A stretch of 52,156 nt of DNA. It comes from a virus. Its lineage: Duplodnaviria > Caudoviricetes. The notes under the pieces were generated by a model that was given only the letters and a program-made list of their open reading frames with translations, made no database searches and was not told the origin of the DNA. The DNA lies in the IMG/VR virus record IMGVR_UViG_3300025120_000077, positions 1 to 52,156 of that record; one strand, written 5' to 3'. A program made the position numbers and the translations under genes. This document shows positions 10,401 to 19,266 of this stretch, piece after piece (within the stretch, counting starts at the first letter, position 1; every line of letters begins with the position of its first letter).

Positions 10401-11941
10401 TTTATGGATCAGATAAATTTTTTACTGATTCAAAAAGAGGAGCTGTACTAAGACTTCGAGGAGGAGAATCTGGCCCTGAAGCACTGTCAGTTATTTCTGA
10501 GGCGGGAATGCGCAGTTGGTTTAGAGACTTTTTTGTTGACACCATAGGCAATCAAAAGCTTGGTGGTTATGATCCTTACATGAATGAGTATGTATTAGCG
10601 ACAAATGGAGAGTCTATACCAGGCTTTTCAAATTGCTTACTATGTGGCGTAACTGAAAATGTATTAGTTAATCCAGGCGAAGAAACTATCTATTGTGTTA
10701 ATGTCACACAAGAAGTAGGAACTGTATCAATTAGTTATGTTATACCAAACGCTCAAGGAGAAGACGTTATAACAGAAGTAAACACCCCAAGCACTGGAAC
10801 AGGATTAGTAGATGTAATAACGGAACAAGGGCTAGATATAGAAACACAAAGCAGCAGTACTGTTGGTTACACCATTGAAGCTGTTTATAACAATGTTACT
10901 TTTACTACAGGTGTTGTGTTTGTTAGCGGAACATTAGATATAAATAAAAATAATGTTGATGCAACAGATGTAACTTTAAGAATTACAACTACATCAGTGG
11001 TTCCAGATACGATTCAAATTACAACATCATGTCCCATACAAAACATTTTGAGTATATATAACATTGCTGTAACAAGTAGTAATGAAGCAGGGCAGTTTAT
11101 TCATAATCAATACTCGTGGATAGACGGAACCTTCTCTTCTCCGTTACATTCAAATCAAATAACATTTTCTTCAGACACTTCTTCTGATCCTATTATTTCA
11201 CAGTTTAGCAATGTATCCGGACCAATTGGTTCGGGCATAGTGCCTAGTGAAGGCGCAACGGTTAACATTATTAGCAATCAACTAGCGACTGATAATTATG
11301 TTTTTGATGGTTCGACAAACCAATTTAGATATTTAAGAACAGACACTTCTTATGCAAACAACTCAATTGAAATAAGAAATCTACTTAGTGATTCTAATTT
11401 AGCTACGCCAATATTAACAAGTGGTAATAAAAATTACGCACAATTTACTATGCCTAATAACACTGGTAGTAACTTGTATTTAATTTGGGATTACAGAAAA
11501 CCCACACAAACGTTATTAAATTATGACGCTACATCGGCAAGAAATGCGTGCTGTGGAGCAGTCGTAGGACCTGTAGTCTCTTGTGGAAATGTAACAGGTT
11601 ATAGCGGAGGTGAGGCTTTTCCCGACGTACAAGTTATTGATTTAGGTTCAGCTACTGGGGTTGTAACTTTGACGTTTGATGCCTTTACAGTTGTAGATAA
11701 ATTTATATTAGAGTTTGACGGAGTAGAAGTAATAAATACAGGATATCGAGGATCAACTGGATACCAAGGATCATTAAATTCTTTCCTTGCATCACAAGGT
11801 TTACCGGCAGAAACTATCACCGCTCCTGGAAACGGTACGGCTGTGTTTACTAAAAGCACGGCTACAACCACAGCTACGCTGAAGGTTTTTGCACCGTTCC
11901 CTAGTACTTATTGGACTGTAACAGTATCATGTCCAGTATAA
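7460..11941 (+). CDS. Tail stabilization/muzzle protein, middle part with added domains
   Basis: FAYRYQY, GNRLVYGNY, FGISNNPESFA, FFTDSKRGAVLRL and GGYDPYMNEY motifs of crAss-like stabilization proteins. Confidence 0.65.
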   Translation: MAAYIDQFTAETLLVIKKPPVEAPTVVPFKAASENNFLEDRFVCFAYRYQYEDGEYSATSQFSNAAFTAKPFKFSVDSYLNEGMINASNAVTITFNSGGSLVKAIELLFKEFNDPTIKVIESLNRLNLGIGNDELTTYTFDNQKIFTVLPEYEILRLYDNVPLLAQAQTLMGNRLVYGNYVEGYDLKDRFNYPIRLNYDTTLKTSSIDVVDITSSEANGGYDLGGYLHVFGCEVLMEIDPTLLVAGSSITWSIQIEHSSFQGQTPFPVETTTSRNVSFTYTLPQTFSSVYELTQSTDFVSKIGSSTNIQTVANSCNGTTFTDVFNCAIPNQLDAYFKKASGIAAVNEPFQIFGSPANNFIGIQLVAMEFVDNINTPTQTFYEYYTILSSSVSYSSSSNNFSLHSNRGYEIGIIYMDDFNRSSTALVSPENTIHVGCADSITKNEIQVTIPGGTTTPPQIAPRWATRYKFVIKPDKTTYETIYTNVYFEDPDTFAAYFLLEGENANKVQAGDRLIVKIDTVGPTNTCTFTTVLEKENKASQFIEIDNPLDPGGTKVAVPAGTYMKLNPNNFSIQNSQEVGGNFISYPPVAATSGNGNGYPCANFPVTVKNPVTTGSPIANVDYTIPEGSTVKIRYRNFRAGYFQPFIGQVQYLYEGEIVSTALYSNFKAFFEGENVIDSINADGISCNGTIKCLDPPNTNVYDNTLYEPSPAADPKNILIGTANTQISSAENINYWRFAKNTDTGETFLMATGTVGSRPSTAVASLQIEVIRRETSIVFETLPLDALPDVWYENGKSFAIDNQGQHSGDVQNQVINFQNSVQPITPQDAIVDTGFSNCITFGNGVESYKIRDSITGKEINFGNRVSTTSTQIYKEAHRFADLTYSGVFNDESNVNKLNEFNLGLLNFKPLEDLYGPIERLHARRTDILVLQEDKISYVLQGKDLLTDASGGGALTSVPTVLGQQIARDEEFGISNNPESFAVYGSDKFFTDSKRGAVLRLRGGESGPEALSVISEAGMRSWFRDFFVDTIGNQKLGGYDPYMNEYVLATNGESIPGFSNCLLCGVTENVLVNPGEETIYCVNVTQEVGTVSISYVIPNAQGEDVITEVNTPSTGTGLVDVITEQGLDIETQSSSTVGYTIEAVYNNVTFTTGVVFVSGTLDINKNNVDATDVTLRITTTSVVPDTIQITTSCPIQNILSIYNIAVTSSNEAGQFIHNQYSWIDGTFSSPLHSNQITFSSDTSSDPIISQFSNVSGPIGSGIVPSEGATVNIISNQLATDNYVFDGSTNQFRYLRTDTSYANNSIEIRNLLSDSNLATPILTSGNKNYAQFTMPNNTGSNLYLIWDYRKPTQTLLNYDATSARNACCGAVVGPVVSCGNVTGYSGGEAFPDVQVIDLGSATGVVTLTFDAFTVVDKFILEFDGVEVINTGYRGSTGYQGSLNSFLASQGLPAETITAPGNGTAVFTKSTATTTATLKVFAPFPSTYWTVTVSCPV

Positions 11942-11953
11942 AATAAATTAATT

Positions 11954-13087
11954 ATGGCAGTAGGAACATATTTTTTTGACACCGCAACATTTGCAAACGC
12001 ATCCACTGTTTACACGGATCAAGGTTTAACCTTAATCGCGCCCGATGGATTTTATTCAGATGATATAATTGTAAGAGAACAAATAACTGGTAAATTACAA
12101 GTAGCGGAGACGTGTGATTGTTCCGCCGTTACACCTACACCTACGCCTACGCCAGCTACACCTACACCTACGGCAGCTACACCTACACCTACGGCTTTGC
12201 CCCCCACAGCTACAGCGGTTCCACCTCAGCCTACAGTACGCCCTAACCCTCCTACAGCAACACCACCCCCCGTAACAGAACCAATAGCTGGATTTTATTA
12301 TAGATTAGAGCCATGTGTGCCTTGTAATACTACTGAGATTAGGTACATGTTCTCTCTAACAGCACTTACTAACAATCAAAGGTATTTAGAAGCAGAAACG
12401 GGATGTTATTATACTTATACGGATGATGTTAGTTATCCTCCTTTAGTAGCAGTTCCAGTTAATTTAATTATTAATCCATCTGAACTTGCAGGTGAAACAT
12501 CATGTCCTCCTGTGCCTACAGGCCCTCCAGTAAATAATTATATTGTTTCAAAATGTACAACCAATATAAGGTCTATATTCTCTACAACTACAAATTATAA
12601 TAACTTTACTAGAATGGGTGGGGCTTCTGGAACGTATCAGATATTAGGGACTAGTAATGATGCCAACCTATTCCCAACAGTAACTGGTTTACAGTGTGTT
12701 GACGACCAAGGCAGATTAGAGTCAAATACTAATTTCAGTGGGTGTGCAAGTAATTGTCCTGATAACCAATCCTATTTCACATTAAATAGATGTAACAATC
12801 CAAATAACGCTAATATAGGATCACTTATAACTATGAATACAGCTGAATATTGGGAGGCTAGTCCATTCGGTTATCAAACTGGAGATGTAGTTTATGCGCC
12901 TAGTACAGGTAAGTGTTATACTTTAGGCCCAACAAGAACAGGAACTGGCGGCGCCGATCCAATAAATTTAAATGGGTCTTATAAAGTACAAAGTTGTTAC
13001 GAATGTTCTAATTTTGAAAGTCCTGATGCGGGATTTGAGCAGCCCAATACCTTTACAGACTTTGATATTAGAAACCGTCCTTTTTAA
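11954..13087 (+). CDS. Virion protein with Pro/Thr-rich linker and repeated Cys-rich modules
   Basis: (PT)n stretch at about 12125-12272; modules begin YYRLEPC / YIVSKC / YFTLNRC. Confidence 0.55.
   Translation: MAVGTYFFDTATFANASTVYTDQGLTLIAPDGFYSDDIIVREQITGKLQVAETCDCSAVTPTPTPTPATPTPTAATPTPTALPPTATAVPPQPTVRPNPPTATPPPVTEPIAGFYYRLEPCVPCNTTEIRYMFSLTALTNNQRYLEAETGCYYTYTDDVSYPPLVAVPVNLIINPSELAGETSCPPVPTGPPVNNYIVSKCTTNIRSIFSTTTNYNNFTRMGGASGTYQILGTSNDANLFPTVTGLQCVDDQGRLESNTNFSGCASNCPDNQSYFTLNRCNNPNNANIGSLITMNTAEYWEASPFGYQTGDVVYAPSTGKCYTLGPTRTGTGGADPINLNGSYKVQSCYECSNFESPDAGFEQPNTFTDFDIRNRPF
12125..12272 (+). repeat. Coding low-complexity repeat (ACACCT-like units; Thr-Pro mucin-like linker)
   Basis: acacctacacctacg-type iterations encode TPTPTPTPATPTPTAATPTPT. 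Confidence 0.85.
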
Positions 13088-13107
13088 ATTAAATCAAATG
13101 AAATCAA

Positions 13108-14325
13108 ATGGAATCTATATTTATTCAAATTGCGAGTTATCGCGACCCAGAGCTAATACCAACAATTGATGATTTATTAGCTAACGCAAGTAGTCCAGAA
13201 GCATTAACTATATGCATTGCACATCAGCACAGTGAGGAAGATCAGTGGGATACTTTACAAAAGTATGCTGATGACGGAAGGTTTATTATTATTGACATAC
13301 CCCATACTGAATCACTCGGAGCGTGTTGGGCAAGAAATCAAATACAGCAACACTACGACGGACAAAAATATACCCTTCAGTTAGACTCGCACCATAGATT
13401 TATAAAAGGTTGGGATACGGAGTGTATAAAAATGCTCAAAGATTTACAGAAAAAAGGCCATAAAAAACCTTTGCTTACAAGTTATATTTCTTCTTACAAT
13501 CCTGAGAATGACCCCGAAGAAAGGCAACAAACCCCTTGGGGGATGTCTTTTGATAAATTTACTCCTGAAGGTGTAGTGTTTTTTTTACCTTATCACATGG
13601 ATAATGATTACACTGAACCAATAAAAGCTCGGTTTTATTCAGCTCATTTTGCTTTTACGGTTGGTGATTTTTGCAAGGAAGTTCCTCATGATCCTATGTT
13701 ATATTTTCATGGTGAAGAAATAACTATAGCAGTTAGAGCCTACACCCATGGGTATGATTTATTTCACCCCCATAAAATTATTGCATGGCATGAGTACACT
13801 AGAAAGGGAAGAACAAAACATTGGGATGACGACGTCACATGGGGAGAAAAAAATAATAGGGCGCATGATAGAACTAGAATGCTCTTAGGAATAGACGGAT
13901 CAGTATGCTCTCCATGTAATAAAAAAAGTTTTGAAGGTTATAATATAGGGGAGATTAGATCTATTTCTGATTATGAGGTTTATGCGGGCTTAAGGTTTAG
14001 AGACAGAGCAATAACTGAATCGTGCGGTAAAAACCTACCGCCACCAGGCAATAATCAAAATGTGTTTTTACCTGTATTTAGATATCCATTGGCTGTAGAT
14101 GTAAGTCAATTTCACAAAAATGATTATACGTTTTGCGCTTTAATTTGTGCAGATGAAAACCAACAAGAACTTTACAGAAAAGATTACTCTGACTGGAATA
14201 CTTTGATAAAGCAAAAAGATCTTGTTTTACAGATAGAAGCTAACGTAAAAAAACCTCACTTACTTATACTTTGGGCACATTCCAAAAAAGATGGGTGGTC
14301 AGAAAAAATTGTTAAGAATCTATGA
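13108..14325 (+). CDS. GT60-like glycosyltransferase (Skp1-hydroxyproline/polypeptide alpha-GlcNAc transferase family)
   Basis: IFIQIASYRDPEL, GACWAR, YTLQLDSHHRF and FHGEEI..AVRAYTHGYD motifs match the Gnt1-like GlcNAc-transferase family. Confidence 0.8.
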   Translation: MESIFIQIASYRDPELIPTIDDLLANASSPEALTICIAHQHSEEDQWDTLQKYADDGRFIIIDIPHTESLGACWARNQIQQHYDGQKYTLQLDSHHRFIKGWDTECIKMLKDLQKKGHKKPLLTSYISSYNPENDPEERQQTPWGMSFDKFTPEGVVFFLPYHMDNDYTEPIKARFYSAHFAFTVGDFCKEVPHDPMLYFHGEEITIAVRAYTHGYDLFHPHKIIAWHEYTRKGRTKHWDDDVTWGEKNNRAHDRTRMLLGIDGSVCSPCNKKSFEGYNIGEIRSISDYEVYAGLRFRDRAITESCGKNLPPPGNNQNVFLPVFRYPLAVDVSQFHKNDYTFCALICADENQQELYRKDYSDWNTLIKQKDLVLQIEANVKKPHLLILWAHSKKDGWSEKIVKNL

Positions 14326-15014
14326 TTTACAATATAAAAAATTACCACAACGGAGAAAACTACAATTTTAACCTTTACAATAATTGTTACATTAGTAATA
14401 TTGTACGAGAAGGAAATATATATGAGGCGTTTTTACATAATGTTTTTGAAGAATATATTGATAAGCAAAGTGTTGTTGTGGAAGGAGGTTGTCACATAGG
14501 ATTGCACAGCGTTAAACTTTCAAGGTTATGTAAAACCCTACATTGTTTTGAACCTTTACAATCATCTTTTAATTTACTTAATCAAAACCTTTCTTTAAAT
14601 AATTGCACAAACACTTACTTGTCAAAAAAAGCGCTTTCAGATAAAAAGGAGATTGTTAAATTTAATTGGGTCGGTAATGGAAACCCAGGAGCAAGTGGTT
14701 TAGAAAAAAATCCTATGGGTAATATAAACTTAAATTCAACATCACAAACAGCACAATGCATTACTATAGATGAAATAGATTTAGATAAATTTGATTTTTT
14801 AAAACTAGATATTGAAGGTTATGAGCCTAAAGCATTAAAAGGAGGTTTACGGACAATTAAAAAATTTAAACCTATAATAGTTTTAGAATGTTGGGCGGAT
14901 CATTATGGTAACTCAAACATAGATCATACTAAATTAACGTTTCAACATATTCTAGATTTAGGTTACAGTGTTAAACAAATAAGCCACAGTGATTATTTAT
15001 TTGTTCCTATATGA
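14322..15014 (+). CDS. FkbM-family SAM-dependent methyltransferase
   Basis: VVEGGCHIGLHS, CFEP and DFLKLDIEGYE motifs. Confidence 0.85.
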   Translation: MIYNIKNYHNGENYNFNLYNNCYISNIVREGNIYEAFLHNVFEEYIDKQSVVVEGGCHIGLHSVKLSRLCKTLHCFEPLQSSFNLLNQNLSLNNCTNTYLSKKALSDKKEIVKFNWVGNGNPGASGLEKNPMGNINLNSTSQTAQCITIDEIDLDKFDFLKLDIEGYEPKALKGGLRTIKKFKPIIVLECWADHYGNSNIDHTKLTFQHILDLGYSVKQISHSDYLFVPI

Positions 15015-16627
15015 TACCAAGAATTATACATCAAACCTTTGAAACAGAATTGACTCCGCCAGGTATGTCTAATGCAAGAGAAAGTTGGCGTATTAATAAT
15101 CAGAATTACATTTACAAGTTTTACAATGCTAATAAAAGAATAGAATTTATTAAAAAAAATTTTAATTCTGATGTTTTACAAGCTTATCACAACATCATAC
15201 CAGGTGCTTTTAAAGCTGATTTATTTCGGTACTGTGTTCTATACATACAAGGCGGAGTTTATGCTGATGTTGACACTATATGTTTAAAGCCTTTATCTTA
15301 TTACATAAATAAAACAGATGATTTAGTGGTAGTAAGAGATGATCCTATGGCAAAAAAATGGTTAGCTAATGGGTTTTTAGCTTGTAATCCTAACCACCCA
15401 CTTTTATTATATGCTATACAAAAAGCCGTGCAAAACATACAAAGCCAAGAAAAAAAGTTTTATTTGGACTACACAGGCCCAGGGTTGCTAGGTAAATCTT
15501 TAAACCATGTTTTAAATAGAGATATAGAGACTGAATATGATTTAGGTATATTTAACATTAACAATTACCAACTAAAAATTCTAAAACATAATTTTAGTAC
15601 AACTCAGTTTACGTTTGAAAGTATGCCCGTGATACATGTGGAATACCCTGAATATAGAAAGGAGATGGAGGCCATAAATAATAAACCTTTTTATTTCTAT
15701 GTTCAGACAAATAATCTGTTTACAAGAAAACAAATTAATTTACTTAAACAAGAAATTCGACCTGCCGTTTCACACAACTTAACGATACACCCAACTAAAG
15801 ATGGATACACTGGAGTAGCAAGATTAGACAACGACACATCTAGAACTGAGTTTATGAAAAAGTTGGGGGAGTCGAAAGAATTAATTGAGTACAAATTTGA
15901 TTCTAGATTTAACGTTTTAAAAAAATCTACGCATAAGATTAAAAATATACAGGGCCATTTTAAATTTGAAGATTATCGAGCTTTTAATTATAAATCAAAA
16001 CTTTATTATAGCGTTGCCTATTTAGATGAAAACTTTAACACATATATGGGTGTATTGGATAGTGAATATAATTTTATTGGTAGGATTGATATTGATAGAA
16101 AAAACAAAATGTCATTTGTAGAAAACAAAGAAGTAGATTGGGAAAAAAATTGGTTGTTTTTTGAAAACAAAAAAGATTTATATTTTATTTATTCTACTAC
16201 TCCAAATCTAATTATATATAAATGTACTGACTTTAATCAATTAACATTTAAAGAAACCGTCAATACGTTAAATATATTTTCTTCGGGTTTGCCTCAAGAT
16301 CAACTATATTTTACACAAAACATTACCACAGGCGGATCGACTAATCCCATATTTATAAAAGAATATAATTGTTTTGTTTATTTAATACACACTAAAATAT
16401 ATGCACAAAGAAAATATAATCATTATTTAGTAGGTTTAGATCTTGATTTAAAATTAACATTTTTAAACCCGATACCTTTTATAAGTGCAAATGTCGGATA
16501 TAGTTTAATGTTTATAACTACTATGGTTAAAAACCAAAACGATATAGTTATAAGCGGTGGAGTTGAAGATAATCAAAATTTTGTTTGGCAAATCCCATTT
16601 TCACATTTAAAAATACCTAACAAATAA
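15011..16627 (+). CDS. GT32/OCH1-like glycosyltransferase fused to an EKNW-motif propeller-like domain
   Basis: IPRIIHQT, ADLFRYCVLYIQGGVYADVD (DxD) and TGPGLL motifs; C-terminal half has EDYR and EKNWLFF. Confidence 0.8.
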   Translation: MIPRIIHQTFETELTPPGMSNARESWRINNQNYIYKFYNANKRIEFIKKNFNSDVLQAYHNIIPGAFKADLFRYCVLYIQGGVYADVDTICLKPLSYYINKTDDLVVVRDDPMAKKWLANGFLACNPNHPLLLYAIQKAVQNIQSQEKKFYLDYTGPGLLGKSLNHVLNRDIETEYDLGIFNINNYQLKILKHNFSTTQFTFESMPVIHVEYPEYRKEMEAINNKPFYFYVQTNNLFTRKQINLLKQEIRPAVSHNLTIHPTKDGYTGVARLDNDTSRTEFMKKLGESKELIEYKFDSRFNVLKKSTHKIKNIQGHFKFEDYRAFNYKSKLYYSVAYLDENFNTYMGVLDSEYNFIGRIDIDRKNKMSFVENKEVDWEKNWLFFENKKDLYFIYSTTPNLIIYKCTDFNQLTFKETVNTLNIFSSGLPQDQLYFTQNITTGGSTNPIFIKEYNCFVYLIHTKIYAQRKYNHYLVGLDLDLKLTFLNPIPFISANVGYSLMFITTMVKNQNDIVISGGVEDNQNFVWQIPFSHLKIPNK

Positions 16628-16632
16628 AATCG

Positions 16633-16640
16633 TATTTTTG
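16633..16640 (+). promoter_or_regulatory. -7 promoter box (TATTTTTG), nearly leaderless
   Basis: TAnnTTTG ending 5 nt before the ATG at 16646. Confidence 0.5.
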
Positions 16641-16645
16641 TTGAC

Positions 16646-18043
16646 ATGGGTGTAGTACAATATTGTGGGCAAAGAATAGAAAATCCAGAAAACAATGGGG
16701 AGAGATATGTATCACCTGTTGGTACTTATACTGTAGGAAATAGAACTTCAATTAATATACCTATAGATTTAGTTTTTAGTGGTAATAATAGACCTTTTGT
16801 AAATGCTAAGTGGGATTCTGGAGGTCAATATAGCTCACAGTCAACAGGTCAAATAAGTGTAGCGGGAGTTTTACTAGATGCTAATGGTGTAGAGGCCATA
16901 AGATTTTATCCTGAAAGACCTTTTGGAGCTACCGCCACACAGTTTAATAATGACGTTACAGAATTTAGTTATACCACTGGAGCAACTTTACCCGCTGGTA
17001 ATTATGACATCTTAACTTTTGAGATTGATGATCCTACCAATGATTCTTATGGAAGTGGGCAGATATGTATAAGAGGAGAAGAAGCGGCAGTTGTTACCCC
17101 AGTACCTCCTACGTTTGAGCCGACAAACCCCCCTACAGCTCGTCCAGCAACTCCTACACCCACGGCGGTAACTCCTGTACCAGCAACTCCTACACCTACC
17201 CCAGTCCCCGCCAATCCCGTACCTGTTCCTATTTTACCGTTGGGGCCACAGTACACTTTGACTTATAGTGAAAACTCAAAGGGTTGGCCATCCTTTTATT
17301 CTTACAATCCTGACTACATGATTGGGATGAATAATTTCTTTTACACTTTTAATGGTGGCAATTTATATAGACACAACACCAATGTTTTAAGGAACAACTT
17401 TTACGGAAGACAATACAACTCATCAGTTACAAGTGTAATAAATGAACTTCCCATCGTAACTAAACTATTTAAAACAATAAACTTACAATCGGACGAGCCT
17501 TGGACAGTAACATTAAAAACAGATATTCAAGGGGGCGGATTTATAAGCAACGAATGGTTTGAGTTAAAGGAGGGGTCATGGTATGCAGATATTAAAAACA
17601 CAACACAAGCACCTACTATAATTTCAAATTTTGCATCTAGAGCCATTAATGGCATTGGGCGATCAAGCGGATTCAGTGGTTTACCATCAGCTAGGCAATT
17701 TGACTTCTTGTCAAGCCCAACAATTAATATTGGATCTATACTTAGCGTTGGAGACTTTTTGTATTTTAATAATGAAATAACCAATACTCCAGAATTAGCT
17801 GGTAGAGTAACGCTGATAAACATAGATTTAACACAAAACATAAATAATATTGTTATTGATGCTACTATTAATGGCGCCGAGGATCCTACAGTTGGAAACC
17901 CTTACGTTATAGGAGTAAAGAATAATACGGCTGAGTCTTATGGTCTTCTAGGACATTTCTGTAGATTTCAAATCGTAAACACGGGGCCTTCCCCAACAGA
18001 GCTCTTTGCCGTACAAGCTGAGATCATGAAAAGCTATCCATAA
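16646..18043 (+). CDS. N-terminal domain + Pro/Thr linker + C-terminal part of the tail stabilization protein
   Basis: After the PT linker the sequence reads YTLTYSENSKGWPSFYSYNPDYMIGMNNFFYTFNGGNLYRH and KLFKTINLQS...FELKEGSWYA, the usual last blades of this tail protein family. Confidence 0.6.
   Translation: MGVVQYCGQRIENPENNGERYVSPVGTYTVGNRTSINIPIDLVFSGNNRPFVNAKWDSGGQYSSQSTGQISVAGVLLDANGVEAIRFYPERPFGATATQFNNDVTEFSYTTGATLPAGNYDILTFEIDDPTNDSYGSGQICIRGEEAAVVTPVPPTFEPTNPPTARPATPTPTAVTPVPATPTPTPVPANPVPVPILPLGPQYTLTYSENSKGWPSFYSYNPDYMIGMNNFFYTFNGGNLYRHNTNVLRNNFYGRQYNSSVTSVINELPIVTKLFKTINLQSDEPWTVTLKTDIQGGGFISNEWFELKEGSWYADIKNTTQAPTIISNFASRAINGIGRSSGFSGLPSARQFDFLSSPTINIGSILSVGDFLYFNNEITNTPELAGRVTLINIDLTQNINNIVIDATINGAEDPTVGNPYVIGVKNNTAESYGLLGHFCRFQIVNTGPSPTELFAVQAEIMKSYP
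17084..17240 (+). repeat. Second Thr/Pro mucin-like coding repeat
   Basis: Encodes VTPVPPTFEPTNPPTARPATPTPTAVTPVPATPTPTPVP. Confidence 0.8.
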
Positions 18044-18050
18044 AAAATAG

Positions 18051-18058
18051 TATCTTTG
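18051..18058 (+). promoter_or_regulatory. -7 promoter box (TATCTTTG)
   Basis: TAnnTTTG ending 7 nt before the ATG at 18066. Confidence 0.55.
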
Positions 18059-18065
18059 TTAGTGT

Positions 18066-18476
18066 ATGGAGTTTGATATACGAAAACTAAATTCCACTGA
18101 CTATGACGAGGTATTAGTTGGTTGGTGGAAGGACTGGGGATGGGAGCCTCCAGCCAAAGACTTTCTGCCAGATGACGGCGAAGGAGGGTTCTTAGTATTA
18201 GACAAAGACATTCCTGTATGTGCAGGATTTATATATGTAACAAATTCAAAAGTAGCTTGGGTGGACTGGATTATATCAAATAAAAATTACGACAGCAAGA
18301 AGAAAAAGCATAGCGCTGTAATCCTATTAGTTGACACTTTAACTAATCTAGCTAAGAACTCAGGAAAAAAATATTCATATGCTCTTATAAAACATAAGGG
18401 CTTGATTAGAACATACGAGAGGCTTGGATATATTAAAGCAGACAATTACACACAAGAAATGATTAAAGTATTATAG
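18066..18476 (+). CDS. GNAT-like acetyltransferase preceding the ejection proteins
   Basis: Begins IRKL, ends LIRTYERLGY (GNAT motif B-like); conserved position before internal virion proteins. Confidence 0.6.
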   Translation: MEFDIRKLNSTDYDEVLVGWWKDWGWEPPAKDFLPDDGEGGFLVLDKDIPVCAGFIYVTNSKVAWVDWIISNKNYDSKKKKHSAVILLVDTLTNLAKNSGKKYSYALIKHKGLIRTYERLGYIKADNYTQEMIKVL

Positions 18477-18477
18477 T

Positions 18478-19266
18478 ATGGCGGCATTTACAACAATAGC
18501 AGCAGGGATAGGATTAGCAACAAATATAGGAGCATCAATCGGTAGTTTTTCACAAGCTGCAAAGCAAAGAGAAAGACAAAAGCAAGCTGAGATAGATGCT
18601 CAAGAAGCAATGGACGCGGCCAAAGCTAAATTGGAAGTTAATTATATGGAGGGCAGATCAATCCAAAAAGAGGCGTACGAGCGAGCTAGAGAAGCTGGTT
18701 TATCTGGTTCGAAACAGATTTTACAAGCTGCTAGAGAGGGAGAGCAAAGAGGTGCGGCAGTTGGTGCTGGTAGGGCGGCAGTGTTTAATCAAGCAGCTCA
18801 AGCACAAGCTCGAACAGATATGGCCCAAGACCTTCAGAACTTTGAGACTGCAGCACTAGAAGAGGAGTCTCGACTACGCGATGCTAGGGCTAATTTAGAC
18901 TTGGGTGAAGTTGCAGGACAACAACAGATTGCCGCTGACGCAAGAGCAGCGGAGCAAGCCGCTAATATGGCAGCCGTCGGCGGATTAGTAAATCTAGGTA
19001 CACAGGCGATGAAGCTTCCTTCATTGTATGGCAGTGCCCAGCCACAAGCCGCACAAGGAACACCATTGCCTGGCGGTACTTTGCCAGATGTGGATACATC
19101 TATTCAAGGCATGGTCAATACTGTACAGCCTCAGTATAATAGAAGTTTTGGCGATCCGTTTCCTACTATATTTGATAGCAATTTTCAAACACCACAGATC
19201 GCATTTCCTGGATTAATAGACATACCAAGTATTTCAGCGGGAGGACAATTTTCAAAATATCAATAA
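18478..19266 (+). CDS. Internal virion/ejection protein 1
   Basis: Hydrophobic G/A-rich N-terminus and A/Q-rich helical body. Confidence 0.6.
   Translation: MAAFTTIAAGIGLATNIGASIGSFSQAAKQRERQKQAEIDAQEAMDAAKAKLEVNYMEGRSIQKEAYERAREAGLSGSKQILQAAREGEQRGAAVGAGRAAVFNQAAQAQARTDMAQDLQNFETAALEEESRLRDARANLDLGEVAGQQQIAADARAAEQAANMAAVGGLVNLGTQAMKLPSLYGSAQPQAAQGTPLPGGTLPDVDTSIQGMVNTVQPQYNRSFGDPFPTIFDSNFQTPQIAFPGLIDIPSISAGGQFSKYQ

Noticed and set aside
7454-11956. Stop-codon readthrough or alternative genetic code joining the in-frame ORFs 6413, 7460 and 11954
   Set aside because: The stops are TAA, the main terminator in this genome, and each downstream ORF has a normal AATTATG start context. TAG and TGA also end clear genes (capsid, groEL), so there is no sign of recoding.
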